DNA from: Arenimonas sp.
Lineage (GTDB): Bacteria > Pseudomonadota > Alphaproteobacteria > Rhizobiales > Rhizobiaceae
Assembly (NCBI GenBank): GCA_019459145.1
Contig: JAIBEK010000060.1
Span: 34,759 to 98,758, forward strand
DNA: 64,000 nucleotides
Reading direction: 5' to 3'
Of the stretch, positions 16,966-26,601 are shown piece after piece (position 1 is the stretch's first letter; the number at the start of each line of letters is the position of its first letter). The translations under genes were made by a program, and so were the position numbers. The notes beneath the pieces are model-generated. The model did not search any database, had not been told where the DNA came from, and was given only the letters and a program-made list of their open reading frames with translations.

Positions 16966-17837
16966 CAGATCTTTCCTCCCGCAACGGCTTCGACTTCGTG
17001 GATTGCTTCGTCCAATTCTTCATCCTCGACGCCCAAATAGGCCGCGATGACCTTCGGGTCGTTCTTCACGTGGTCCGGCGTGCCGTCGGAAATCTTCTGC
17101 CCGTATTCGAGCACGACGACGTGGTCGGAAATCTCCATGACGACGGACATGTCGTGCTCGATCAGCAGCAACGACGTCCCTTCGTCCCGGATGCTGCGCA
17201 AAAGCGCGTTGAGCGCCAGCGATTCCTTCGGGTTGAGGCCGGCGGCCGGTTCGTCGAGGCACAGAAGCTCCGGTCCGGTGCACATGGCGCGGGCGATTTC
17301 CAGACGGCGCTGCGCGCCATAGGGAAGGTCGCCGGCCGGATCATCGGCGCGATCGACGAGATCGGCCTTTTCCAGCCAGTACTTCGCCTTTTCGATCGCC
17401 GCACTGGCCGCCCGCTTGTAGGCGGGCAGGCCGAGCAGGCCGAGCACCGTATAGCCCGATGCCTTCATCAGCGCGTTGTGCTGCGCCACCAGGAGGTTTT
17501 CGAGAACGGTGAGGCCCGAGAACAACCGGATGTTCTGGAAGGTCCGGGCCACCTTGGCCTTCTTGGTGATCTCGAAGTCGGGCAGACGCTCCAGCAGATG
17601 CTGTCGGCCATCGTGCAGCGTCAGCGTGATCATCCCCATGGTCGGCTTGTAGAAGCCGGTGATGCAGTTGAACACCGTGGTCTTGCCGGCGCCGTTCGGC
17701 CCGATCAGCGCGGTGATCTCGCCGCGCCTGACTTCGAAGGAGAAGTCGTTGATGGCCATCAGGCCGCCGAACTTCATCGACAGGTGTTCGACCTTGAGGA
17801 GCGTGTCTTTGGTCATCACATTCGTTCCGGAAGTCAT
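16965..17837 (-). CDS. braF: Branched-chain amino-acid ABC transporter ATP-binding protein (LivG type)
   Basis: 290-aa ORF. GPNGAGKTT, LPYGAQRRLEIARAM, LLCLDEPAAGLNP. Its start overlaps the braE stop. Confidence 0.9.
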   Translation of the reverse strand: MTSGTNVMTKDTLLKVEHLSMKFGGLMAINDFSFEVRRGEITALIGPNGAGKTTVFNCITGFYKPTMGMITLTLHDGRQHLLERLPDFEITKKAKVARTFQNIRLFSGLTVLENLLVAQHNALMKASGYTVLGLLGLPAYKRAASAAIEKAKYWLEKADLVDRADDPAGDLPYGAQRRLEIARAMCTGPELLCLDEPAAGLNPKESLALNALLRSIRDEGTSLLLIEHDMSVVMEISDHVVVLEYGQKISDGTPDHVKNDPKVIAAYLGVEDEELDEAIHEVEAVAGGKI

Positions 17838-19228
17838 CAGCCGTGACCTTCCTTGGTAAAGCTTCCCGAGACAGCCCTGCTCTCCTTGAGGAAGGCGGTC
17901 GGTTGACGCGAGCCGACGAAGCCGCGCGGCTTGAACAGCATGACAATGATCATGGCCAGGCCGAAGAGCAGCATGCGGTAGAGTTCCGGCGTGAAGTCAG
18001 GCCCGAAGACGTGCTTGAGGAACTCCATTTCGCGCAGCAGTTCCGTGCCGCCGACCATGACGATCGCGGCGATCGCGATGCCCGTCAGCGAGCCCATGCC
18101 GCCGAGAACGACGATGGCGAGGATGACCGCCGATTCCAGGAAGACGAAGCTTTCCGGAGAGACGAAGCCCTGGCGGGCGGCGAAGAACGAGCCGGCAAAA
18201 CCGCCGAACATCGCGCCGATGGCGAAAGCCGTCAGTTTGGTCGTGACCGTGTTGATGCCGAGCGAACGGCAGGCGATCTCGTCCTCGCGCAGCGCTTCCC
18301 AGGCACGCCCGATCGGCATGCGGCGCAGCTTGATCGTCACATAGGCGGTCAGCATGCAAAGGGCGAGAATGAGATAGAAGAGGAAGACCTTGTAATAGGC
18401 CGAGGACATCGGCAGGTCGAACATCTTGGCAAAGCCGGTCGGCGAGGCATCGAACTTGATGCCGAACAGCGTGGCCTTCGGAATGCCCGAGACGCCGAAC
18501 GTGCCCTTGGTGACGTCCGTCCAGTTGATCAGCACAAGCCGGATGATCTCACCGAAGGCGAGCGTGACGATCGCCAGATAGTCGCCGCGAAGACGAAGGA
18601 CCGGGAAACCGAGGATGATGCCCCAGAAGGCGGCGAGAATGCCCGACAGCGGCAGCAGAACCCAGAAGGACAGGCCGAAATGCTGCGACAAAAGCGCATA
18701 GGAATAGGCACCCACCGCATAGAAGGCGACATAGCCGAGGTCGAGCAGACCGGCCAGCCCGACCACGATATTGAGGCCCCAGGCCAGCATCACGTAGATC
18801 AGGATCTGGATACCGAAATTGTCGACAAATTTCAGCGAGCCCTGAATACCGGCCAGCCAGATGACGACCGGCGGATAAAGCACCAGGGCGAGAAGGGCGA
18901 GCTTGAGAAAATGCTGGTGGAAGAAGGAGGGCTTGGCCTCGATCTCATGCACCGGCATTTCCGAAAGCCGTTCCTTTCGGGCCTTGTTCCACGGGTGGTA
19001 GAAGCCGACGATCAGGAAACGGCCGATGGCGGCAACGGCGACAAAGATCGCCAGCAGGCCCCAACGCGGATACCAGATCAGCGCATTGTTGATGTCCTGG
19101 TCGGTCTTGATACCGACGTAGAGACTGAACAGGGCGAGCGAGAGAAGACCCGCGAAGATGCCCTCCTTGAGCGCGCGCGCAAGGGTACCGGGTTGAGACG
19201 TGCCGGCCACGTTTGCAGGATTTGCCAT
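17837..19228 (-). CDS. braE: Branched-chain amino-acid ABC transporter permease (LivM type)
   Basis: The track ORF is 17837..19261. I prefer the ATG at 19228 (MANPANVAG), 4 nt after the braD stop and preceded by AAGG. Multi-TM LivM-like core ([16 protein letters not shown]). Confidence 0.85.
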   Translation of the reverse strand: MANPANVAGTSQPGTLARALKEGIFAGLLSLALFSLYVGIKTDQDINNALIWYPRWGLLAIFVAVAAIGRFLIVGFYHPWNKARKERLSEMPVHEIEAKPSFFHQHFLKLALLALVLYPPVVIWLAGIQGSLKFVDNFGIQILIYVMLAWGLNIVVGLAGLLDLGYVAFYAVGAYSYALLSQHFGLSFWVLLPLSGILAAFWGIILGFPVLRLRGDYLAIVTLAFGEIIRLVLINWTDVTKGTFGVSGIPKATLFGIKFDASPTGFAKMFDLPMSSAYYKVFLFYLILALCMLTAYVTIKLRRMPIGRAWEALREDEIACRSLGINTVTTKLTAFAIGAMFGGFAGSFFAARQGFVSPESFVFLESAVILAIVVLGGMGSLTGIAIAAIVMVGGTELLREMEFLKHVFGPDFTPELYRMLLFGLAMIIVMLFKPRGFVGSRQPTAFLKESRAVSGSFTKEGHG

Positions 19229-19232
19229 GGGA

Positions 19233-20135
<903 letters not shown>

Positions 20136-20248
20136 TACCAATCCCCCGGACACGGCCTTTTTGGCGCGTCCCTTTTTATGTTGTCCCTTAGCGGGGTTCT
20201 TAACATGCTCGGATTTGATATCGTTTTCGGCAAAAATGTGAAGTCGAA

Positions 20249-20277
20249 AAACTAGGCAGCGCGCATTTTGCCGTCAA
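20249..20277 (-). promoter_or_regulatory. Candidate sigma-70-type promoter for the bra operon (TTGACG-N17-TAGTTT on the minus strand)
   Basis: -35 at 20277..20272 and -10 at 20254..20249 with a 17-nt spacer, ~110 nt upstream of the braD ATG in an AT-rich stretch. Motif match only. Confidence 0.3.
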
Positions 20278-20822
20278 TTAGCAACAGTTTGGTGCTTTTA
20301 TCGGCAAATTCATCAAAAAAACGGCACGAATTGGCGAAAAATTGGATGGCGCGGTGTTTTCCACGGTCGCAATTCAGCCATGTTTCAGCCGCGACTGTGA
20401 TTCAATTCCACCGAATGCGCGAACCCGTCGCGCCGCGACAACGAATGGTCGTGCGACCGGATTGCCGATTATCATTCAGCATAATCAGGAAACCGACCGC
20501 AGGCCAATCACAAAGCGGCGAAGACGCCGCCAAATCCGCCAGGTCGCGCGATTGAAGCCGCCTAGACGTCAGCCACCGAACCTTCCAGAGGGCGCGCGCA
20601 GCAAGCGGGTGGCGACCCTTGCCGTGTGCCCTATCGCGCCAGCCCGGCCGCTTCCACGACGTCCGGTTGCTTTCCCAGCGACGCCCCGGCCAGCCGTCGA
20701 CAATGGGGAAATTGAACGGGGAAAAGCCAGTCTTTTCAGAGCGAGTGGCCACAACTCGTCCCCGTGGCGGCAATCCGTTTCAAGCTGGGACACCAGCCCC
20801 CGCGGAAACGGAGAACGCGATT

Positions 20823-21848
20823 ATGTCGGAGACAACGGTGAACCTTGCCCTTCCCTATATCATGCCGGCACAGGCGCAGAAGCATGTGACCCATAACGAG
20901 GCGCTGCAGACGCTCGACGCGGTTGTCCAGCTTGTGATCACCGCGCATCTGGCCAGCCCGCCGGCCACGCCGAACGAAGGAGAGTGTTTCTGGGTCCTGC
21001 CCGGCGCGACGGATGCCTGGGCCGGCCGTTCGGGACGTCTCGCCTTGCGCCAGGACGGCGCCTGGGTCTTCATTGCGCCGCGCATCGGTTGGCGCGGCCT
21101 TGACCGAATCGACGGGCGAGTGAAGGTCTTCACCGGTTCGATCTGGGACGAAACTCCCCTGCCCCCCGACATCCAGCTATCGTCGCTCGGGGTCGGCGCC
21201 ACGGCCGATGCGACCAACCGGCTGGCAGTTTCCGGGCCGGCCAGCCTCTTCACCCATTCCGGAAACGATCATCGCCTGAAGATCAACAAGGCTGCCCCGG
21301 CCGATACGGCGTCGCTGTTCTTCCAGTCCGGCTGGCAGGGCAAGGCGGAAATGGGACTTGCCAGCGACAACCGCTTTGCCATCAAGGTCAGCGACGACGG
21401 CGGCGTGTGGAAAACGGCGCTGTCGATCACGCCCGAGGGCCGGGTGGAGATGGGCGAGCGCCCGCTGGTGCGCGCGGCACGCACGCCCGGCACCCTGTCG
21501 CCTGCCGCGGGCTCCACGACAGGCTTCGACGACCTTCACCTGGTGGCGGGAGGATTTGCCCTTGGCGCGGCCTTGGCATCCGGCGAGGGGCACGAACTGG
21601 TGGTTCCGGCCAGCGGCACCTATCTCGTTGCGCTCAATGTCGAGACCGGGACCTCCTCGGGCCATGGCTTGGCTCTTCGAAGGAACGATACAAGCGACAT
21701 CATCGCGGTGAGCGGCGCCGCCGGCACGCAGTCTTCGACCGCGATCGCCACGCTTGTGCAGGGCGACACCCTGACGCTTCGCCACACCGGCACCGCGCAA
21801 CTTCTGTTCGGCTACGCCCACACCGAGGTCTCGGCCTTCCTGTTGTAG
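20823..21848 (+). CDS. DUF2793-type N-terminal domain protein with C1q/TNF-like C-terminal head (tail-fibre-like)
   Basis: The track ORF is 20619..21848. The likely start is MSETTVNLALPYIMPAQAQKHVTHNEALQTLDA (ATG 20823, preceded by GGAGAA), which is the DUF2793 signature. The C-terminal ~125 aa follow the C1q globular-head pattern (SGTYLVALNV ... LVQGDTLTLR ... EVSAFLL). Confidence 0.75.
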   Translation: MSETTVNLALPYIMPAQAQKHVTHNEALQTLDAVVQLVITAHLASPPATPNEGECFWVLPGATDAWAGRSGRLALRQDGAWVFIAPRIGWRGLDRIDGRVKVFTGSIWDETPLPPDIQLSSLGVGATADATNRLAVSGPASLFTHSGNDHRLKINKAAPADTASLFFQSGWQGKAEMGLASDNRFAIKVSDDGGVWKTALSITPEGRVEMGERPLVRAARTPGTLSPAAGSTTGFDDLHLVAGGFALGAALASGEGHELVVPASGTYLVALNVETGTSSGHGLALRRNDTSDIIAVSGAAGTQSSTAIATLVQGDTLTLRHTGTAQLLFGYAHTEVSAFLL

Positions 21849-21902
21849 CGACGCCGCAAAGGATGGCCGAGCCTGTCAGGACGACAAACGGTGATTTTCA
21901 CA

Positions 21903-22643
21903 TCAGAGCAGGCGGAACCGGCAGGCGCGAGCCACCGCCTGCATGCGGTTGACCGAATCCAGCTTGCGCATCGCGCTCTTCAGATAGCTGACCACGGTGT
22001 GGCTGGAGATCGACAGGATGATGGCGATTTCGTCGCTGCTCTTGCCGGCGGCCGACCAGCGCAGACACTCGATCTCGCGTGCCGACAGCTTCTCGCGCGG
22101 TCCGTCCCTCTGGGCGATCCGGCTGGAGCAACTGTCCAGCAGTTCCAGGCATTCGAAATAGAAGTTCACGACGTCCTGGCGATCCAGTTCCTCTCTCTCG
22201 CCCGAAAAGACGAAAAGATAATGGGCAAGGACGGAATCGTGGATGGCGAAGGCGAGGCTGGAACCGATGCCGCAAGCGGAAAATGCGCCGGCGAGATCGC
22301 GATCAGCCTCATCATTCCTTTCGCCGACGAACAGGCATTCGCCGGACTGGAACGGCAGAATGCTCTGCTTCAGACGCGCAACCAGCTTGCTGGCGGAGAA
22401 CTGGTCGCCCGTCCGGTATCGCTCCTTCAACTCGAGCGGCCAGTTGCAGAACAGCGCATTCGCGGCAAATTCCGGCTTGTCGGCCTTGGGAAAGTTTCCA
22501 ACGAGGAAGTAATCAAAACCGTAGCGCCGCCCAAGCGCGGCAAACTGCCGGCCAAGGGGGCAAAGGCCCGCATCGTCGACCGGGACGGCGGAAACGCCCT
22601 TGCCTTCTTCTTCATGGCAGATCGACTCGGTCACCCTGAACAT
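21903..22643 (-). CDS. LuxR-family transcriptional regulator with autoinducer-binding-like N-domain (LuxR solo; no luxI in window)
   Basis: The track ORF is 21903..22814. The likely start is MFRVTESI (ATG 22643, preceded by AAGGAG). C-terminal LSAREIECLRWSAAGKSSDEIAIILSISSHTVVSYLKSAMRKL (LuxR HTH). Confidence 0.8.
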   Translation of the reverse strand: MFRVTESICHEEEGKGVSAVPVDDAGLCPLGRQFAALGRRYGFDYFLVGNFPKADKPEFAANALFCNWPLELKERYRTGDQFSASKLVARLKQSILPFQSGECLFVGERNDEADRDLAGAFSACGIGSSLAFAIHDSVLAHYLFVFSGEREELDRQDVVNFYFECLELLDSCSSRIAQRDGPREKLSAREIECLRWSAAGKSSDEIAIILSISSHTVVSYLKSAMRKLDSVNRMQAVARACRFRLL

Positions 22644-23054
22644 TGAGCTCCTTCCGACCGAAGCGATGCGGCCGTGTCTTAAGTGTTGCGTATCGAACGA
22701 ACATGTATGGAACTGTAGAGAACGGGGCTGGTGCCGATCTTTCGGTTCTCGCTCGTCGCGGCTCTTATCGAGCACGCATTGAGCTTCCGGCGATGGATGG
22801 ATAGCCAATGGCACCGTTGTCTGGCCGTGCTTGTACTACAATTTTAAGATTAGAAAATTTCTAAATAAGCATAACTCCTATGCAGATGCCGCAAGTTTAC
22901 GCAACGGCAGGCAAGTGTCGCCCGCGACCGGCTGCTTCCCCACCGGGCCGGCTCGCTAAAATAATTATCAAATGCTTACAACACGCTTAGGCAAATTTTA
23001 AAGGTGCGGGGCTAGGATGCGTCTGTGTGGTCTTGAGTATGTATAGAGAGTCCA

Positions 23055-23330
23055 ATGACCGAAATGATCCGCCCCCGAGTGAAATATGTCATCGGCCCCG
23101 ATGGCAGCCCGCTGACCATTGCCGATCTTCCACCGGCCAATACGCGCCGCTGGGTGATCCGCCGGAAAGCCGAGGTTGTCGCCGCGGTGCGCGGCGGCCT
23201 GTTGAGCCTGGAAGAAGCCTGCGAGCGCTATACCCTGACGGTCGAGGAATTCCTTTCCTGGCAGTCGTCCATCAACGACCACGGCCTGCCGGGCCTGCGC
23301 ACCACGCGCATCCAGCAATATCGCCACTGA
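23055..23330 (+). CDS. sciP: SciP (small CtrA inhibitory protein; DUF1153 family)
   Basis: 91-aa ORF (RRWVIRRKAEVVAAVRGGLLSLEEACERYTLTVEEFLSWQ), typical of alphaproteobacterial SciP. Lies close to ctrA. Confidence 0.8.
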   Translation: MTEMIRPRVKYVIGPDGSPLTIADLPPANTRRWVIRRKAEVVAAVRGGLLSLEEACERYTLTVEEFLSWQSSINDHGLPGLRTTRIQQYRH

Positions 23331-23414
23331 CTGGGCACTGGCGCCGGCGCAAGCCGCCCAACCTCCACGACGATCCATCGTGCGCGCGGGAAACCCTCCT
23401 TGCGCGCACGTTTT

Positions 23415-23918
23415 CTATTGTTCCGCCCCCTGGCGCAGCAAATGGTGGAGCAATCCCGCCAGCACCGACGACATGGCGTAGAACCACAAACCCGGCTGGG
23501 TGAAGGCTTCCGCAAACCCGCTGGTCTTGGCCGCGAAAATCACGATCGCCACCAGCAGGACATCCATCATCGACCACTTGGAGAGGAACGGAACGAGCGC
23601 ATGCAGCAGCCCCCCGCGAGCCCCCGACCCTGAATTTGCAAACGCCTCGGCTGCGAGACCGACGAGCTTGATCGCTGGAAAGACGATCGAAAGCAGGCCG
23701 ACCAGCAAGGCAAGTGCGGCATTGCCGTCGCGCCAGAGTGCAGCGACGATCGCCACCAGGGACGGATTGTCGACGAAGAAATAGAGTTTTTCAAAGCGCA
23801 CCAGCGGCAGGACGACGCCGAGCGCGAAAAACATCGGCGCGACGACCAGCATGACCGCCTTCACCCAGATCATTCCTGCCGCACTCGCGCGAATCACGCC
23901 ACCACCCCTTGCCCGCAT
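23415..23918 (-). CDS. PqiA-family (paraquat-inducible protein A-like) small membrane protein
   Basis: 167-aa ORF with four hydrophobic segments and the PqiA-like motif LSKWSMMDVLLVAIVIF. Start uncertain; the internal Met at 23873 is possible. Confidence 0.6.
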   Translation of the reverse strand: MRARGGGVIRASAAGMIWVKAVMLVVAPMFFALGVVLPLVRFEKLYFFVDNPSLVAIVAALWRDGNAALALLVGLLSIVFPAIKLVGLAAEAFANSGSGARGGLLHALVPFLSKWSMMDVLLVAIVIFAAKTSGFAEAFTQPGLWFYAMSSVLAGLLHHLLRQGAEQ

Positions 23919-23988
23919 GTTGCGCCATCATTGCCGCGAAAAGGCTGCGATGTTAAGCCGTCCCGGTTTCTGCAGCGTGAGGGAAGCC

Positions 23989-24276
23989 ATGCACATCGTG
24001 AAGGAAGAGGCAGGATCGGGCGGTCGTTATGTCGGCCGTTTCGTCGAAGGGGAAGCGCCAGCGATCATGACCTATTCGCGGGCCTCTGCCAGCCTGATCA
24101 TAATCGACCACACCGAAGTGCCCGAAGGCATGCGCGGCAAGGGCACGGGCCAGGCCCTGGCATTGTTTGCGGTCGAGGACGCGCGCCGCGGCGGCTGGAA
24201 GATCATCCCGCTCTGCCCGTTCTTCCGGGCGCAGGCTGAGCGCAACCCCGAATGGGGCGACGTCATCAAATTCTGA
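23989..24276 (+). CDS. Small GNAT-like N-acetyltransferase domain protein (YjdJ-like)
   Basis: The likely start is MHIVKEE (ATG 23989) within track ORF 23851..24276. HTEVPEGMRGKGTGQALALFAVEDARRGGWKIIPLCPF resembles the single-domain GNAT_2 family. Confidence 0.65.
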   Translation: MHIVKEEAGSGGRYVGRFVEGEAPAIMTYSRASASLIIIDHTEVPEGMRGKGTGQALALFAVEDARRGGWKIIPLCPFFRAQAERNPEWGDVIKF

Positions 24277-24395
24277 TCGGCCGGGCAGTCAGGTCGCCTC
24301 CCGAACACGTCTCGGCAAGATGACACGGGCTGGCGGCCACGGATCTGGTCCGCGCCTCCGCCATGCCGCATCAACTTTTCTCGCTGGTCCGGGCG

Positions 24396-24746
24396 CTAGG
24401 CCCGGATGCGCATCTGGCCGTCGCGCTCTTCGAGCGCAGCGGCCTTGGCATGTTCCGCCTCGGCCTCTTCCAGGCCGAGTTCGGCCGCCTCCTGCTGAAC
24501 CTTGAGCTCCCGGATCGAAACCTGGAGATTGTCGGCCCGCTGGCGGGCCGCCTTGGCAAAGGTGGGATAGGCGAAATGGTTCGGATCACTGATCCCGGAC
24601 TTCTTCTCCTCGATGGCGATCTGGTTTTCCAGTTCCTTCGCCATCCGCTCGAACTCCGCCATCATCGATTGCAACTGTTGCAATTGCCGACGTTTTTCCG
24701 TGACCTGAAATCCTTTCAGGCGCACTAGGCTCTCACGCGACTTCAT
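24396..24746 (-). CDS. fliJ: FliJ-like flagellar export chaperone (coiled coil)
   Basis: The likely start is MKSRESLVRLKGFQVTEKRRQLQQLQ (ATG 24746) within track ORF 24396..24908. 116-aa heptad-rich protein of the type annotated FliJ next to ctrA in Rhizobiales. Confidence 0.6.
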   Translation of the reverse strand: MKSRESLVRLKGFQVTEKRRQLQQLQSMMAEFERMAKELENQIAIEEKKSGISDPNHFAYPTFAKAARQRADNLQVSIRELKVQQEAAELGLEEAEAEHAKAAALEERDGQMRIRA

Positions 24747-24908
24747 ACGCAATACTCCCGTGATGCGAGACCCCCCGCCACACTGACTGACACAATGCCA
24801 AAGCCGATTCTCCGACGAATCATTCTCGAAAAAAAACGGCGACGTTAACAAAAACCTACCTTTGGTAACCTTTCGTTTACGGGCATCGTTAATGATAGGT
24901 GAGATCAT

Positions 24909-24923
24909 TTAAGGGTCAGTAAA
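24909..24923. promoter_or_regulatory. CtrA-box-like site TTAA-N7-TAAA in the fliJ-like/ctrA divergent region
   Basis: TTAAGGGTCAGTAAA has one mismatch to the TTAA-N7-TTAA CtrA consensus. Confidence 0.35.
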
Positions 24924-25093
24924 TGCCAGGGCCTTAAAAAGCCCATGACAATGATGAGTCAAATGAATCGGTTAGCGGGGATTTCTCGTATTCTGATTCA
25001 ATTGTGGCGATGCCGGAAATAGATGAAAAATCAGGAGACTGGTATATTTGCTTAATAAATTCGATACACCTTGCCAGAGGGAATCAGAATTTG

Positions 25094-25101
25094 TTAACCA
25101 T
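25094..25101 (+). promoter_or_regulatory. CtrA half-site 8-mer TTAACCAT upstream of ctrA
   Basis: Exact TTAACCAT ~90 nt upstream of the ctrA ATG, with a GANTC site 9 nt upstream (25081..25085). Confidence 0.4.
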
Positions 25102-25191
25102 TTGGTGGCAGCCTTCAAATCAGGCAACGACTGGATCCGTATCGCGTAGGGGGCCAAGTACGACCTTTCGGCGGCGGTAAAGGGGATAAAT

Positions 25192-25893
25192 ATGCGGGTT
25201 CTACTCATCGAAGACGATAGCGCCACGGCGCAGAGCATCGAACTGATGCTCAAATCGGAGAGTTTCAACGTCTACACCACCGATCTCGGTGAAGAGGGCG
25301 TCGATCTCGGCAAGCTTTACGACTACGACATCATTCTGCTCGACCTTAACCTTCCGGACATGTCCGGCTACGAAGTCCTGCGCACGCTGCGTCTGTCGAA
25401 GGTCAAGACGCCGATCCTCATCCTGTCCGGCATGGCCGGCATCGAGGACAAGGTTCGCGGCCTCGGCTTCGGCGCCGACGACTACATGACCAAGCCGTTC
25501 CACAAGGACGAACTGGTTGCACGCATCCACGCCATCGTCCGCCGTTCCAAGGGTCACGCCCAGTCGATCATCATCACCGGCGAACTGATCGTGAACCTCG
25601 ATGCCAAGACCGTCGAGGTCGGCGGCCAGCGCGTTCACCTGACCGGCAAGGAATACCAGATGCTGGAGCTGCTTTCGCTCCGCAAAGGCACCACGCTGAC
25701 CAAGGAAATGTTCCTCAACCACCTTTACGGCGGCATGGACGAACCGGAACTGAAGATCATCGACGTCTTCATCTGCAAGCTGCGCAAGAAGCTCGCAAAC
25801 GCCGCGGGCGGCGCCAACTACATCGAGACCGTCTGGGGCCGCGGCTACGTGCTGCGCGAACCGGATGGCGCCGAGTACATGGAAACCGCCTGA
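25192..25893 (+). CDS. ctrA: Cell-cycle master response regulator CtrA (OmpR family)
   Basis: 233-aa [79 protein letters not shown]. Near-invariant CtrA sequence. Confidence 0.97.
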   Translation: MRVLLIEDDSATAQSIELMLKSESFNVYTTDLGEEGVDLGKLYDYDIILLDLNLPDMSGYEVLRTLRLSKVKTPILILSGMAGIEDKVRGLGFGADDYMTKPFHKDELVARIHAIVRRSKGHAQSIIITGELIVNLDAKTVEVGGQRVHLTGKEYQMLELLSLRKGTTLTKEMFLNHLYGGMDEPELKIIDVFICKLRKKLANAAGGANYIETVWGRGYVLREPDGAEYMETA

Positions 25894-25927
25894 TACCCGC
25901 ACAGGCGCATCCCCGCGCTGCATTCGA

Positions 25928-25959
25928 CCTGCCCCTCACCCGGGCAGGTTTTTTGTTTT
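25928..25959 (+). terminator. Rho-independent terminator of ctrA
   Basis: CCTGCCC-ctcaccc-GGGCAGG followed by TTTTTTGTTTT, 35 nt after the ctrA stop. Confidence 0.8.
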
Positions 25960-26011
25960 CAGCGCCTGGCGCCTTCCGGCCCGGCTTGAAAACGGCGGGC
26001 GGTGCCGCAAC

Positions 26012-26038
26012 AAAAAACGCCCCGGACATGCGGGGCGT
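26012..26038 (-). terminator. Rho-independent terminator of the single-domain receiver gene
   Basis: ACGCCCCG-gacatg-CGGGGCGT. On the minus strand it is followed by TTTTTTG. Confidence 0.75.
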
Positions 26039-26065
26039 GACATTCAGTGCCGAATTTCGGAAGCC

Positions 26066-26428
26066 TCAGGCGGCGATCGCCTTGTCGGTGAACATCTGGG
26101 TGAGGATCTTGCGATCGAACGGCTTCAACAGGAAGTCGTTGGCGCCTGCCCGCTTGCCGGCCATCATCGTCTTCAGGTCGGCCTCGACCACGCAATAATA
26201 GATCAGCACGCCCTTGCCTTCCGGCAGCGTGCGGACATTGGTGATGAGGTCGAGAGCACCCTCCAGGCCGGCGTCGACGATAATGATATTGGGCAGTTCC
26301 GTCTCGCAGCGCATCAGCGCCTCGCGGGCGGTCGCGGCCTCAAGCACCAGGAAGCCGATTTCCGACAGGATCTTCTTGCCGACCTTGCGAACCACGTCGG
26401 AGCTATCGGCAATCATCAAACGCTGCAT
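26066..26428 (-). CDS. Single-domain CheY-like receiver with degenerate active-site residues
   Basis: The likely start is MQRLMIADSSD (ATG 26428) within track ORF 26066..26503. Retains IIIVDAG (phospho-Asp) and LLKPF (Lys). It has ADSS instead of the acidic DD pair, and CVVEA where the conserved Thr/Ser is expected. Confidence 0.78.
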   Translation of the reverse strand: MQRLMIADSSDVVRKVGKKILSEIGFLVLEAATAREALMRCETELPNIIIVDAGLEGALDLITNVRTLPEGKGVLIYYCVVEADLKTMMAGKRAGANDFLLKPFDRKILTQMFTDKAIAA

Positions 26429-26530
26429 CGTCAATTCCCCCGCCGTGCCCTTTTCTCCATCATGGAAAATGCGGACCATGGCCACAATGATAAACGCCTT
26501 CAACTAATGAAAGGTTACTGCAACCGAGGT

Positions 26531-26563
26531 GCGAAACGCAAAAGACGCGCCTCGGCGCGTCTT
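26531..26563 (-). terminator. Rho-independent terminator of chpT
   Basis: AAGACGCGCC-tc-GGCGCGTCTT. On the minus strand it is followed by TTTGCGTTTCGC. Confidence 0.7.
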
Positions 26564-26601
26564 CAGATTGGCTGGTTCAAGGGGACGGATCTGGGAACCG
26601 G

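Noticed and set aside
20268-20896. ORFs 20268..20555(+), 20342..20896(+) and 20402..20773(-) in the long braD/DUF2793 spacer
   Set aside because: They overlap each other mutually, have Arg/Pro/Ser-rich low-information sequences and no ribosome-binding context. The DUF2793 signature begins only at 20823.
20823-21848. Prophage or gene-transfer-agent structural cluster around the DUF2793 gene
   Set aside because: There are no capsid, portal, terminase, tail-tube, lysis or integrase genes, and no att-like repeats nearby. The neighbours are the bra operon and a LuxR regulator. It is reported only as an orphan fibre-like gene.
22840-23054. CtrA box upstream of sciP
   Set aside because: I found only half-sites and AT-rich near-palindromes (TTAAGATTAGAAAAT, TAGAAAATTTCTA), and no TTAA-N7-TTAA with one mismatch or fewer. 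It is not reported as a feature.
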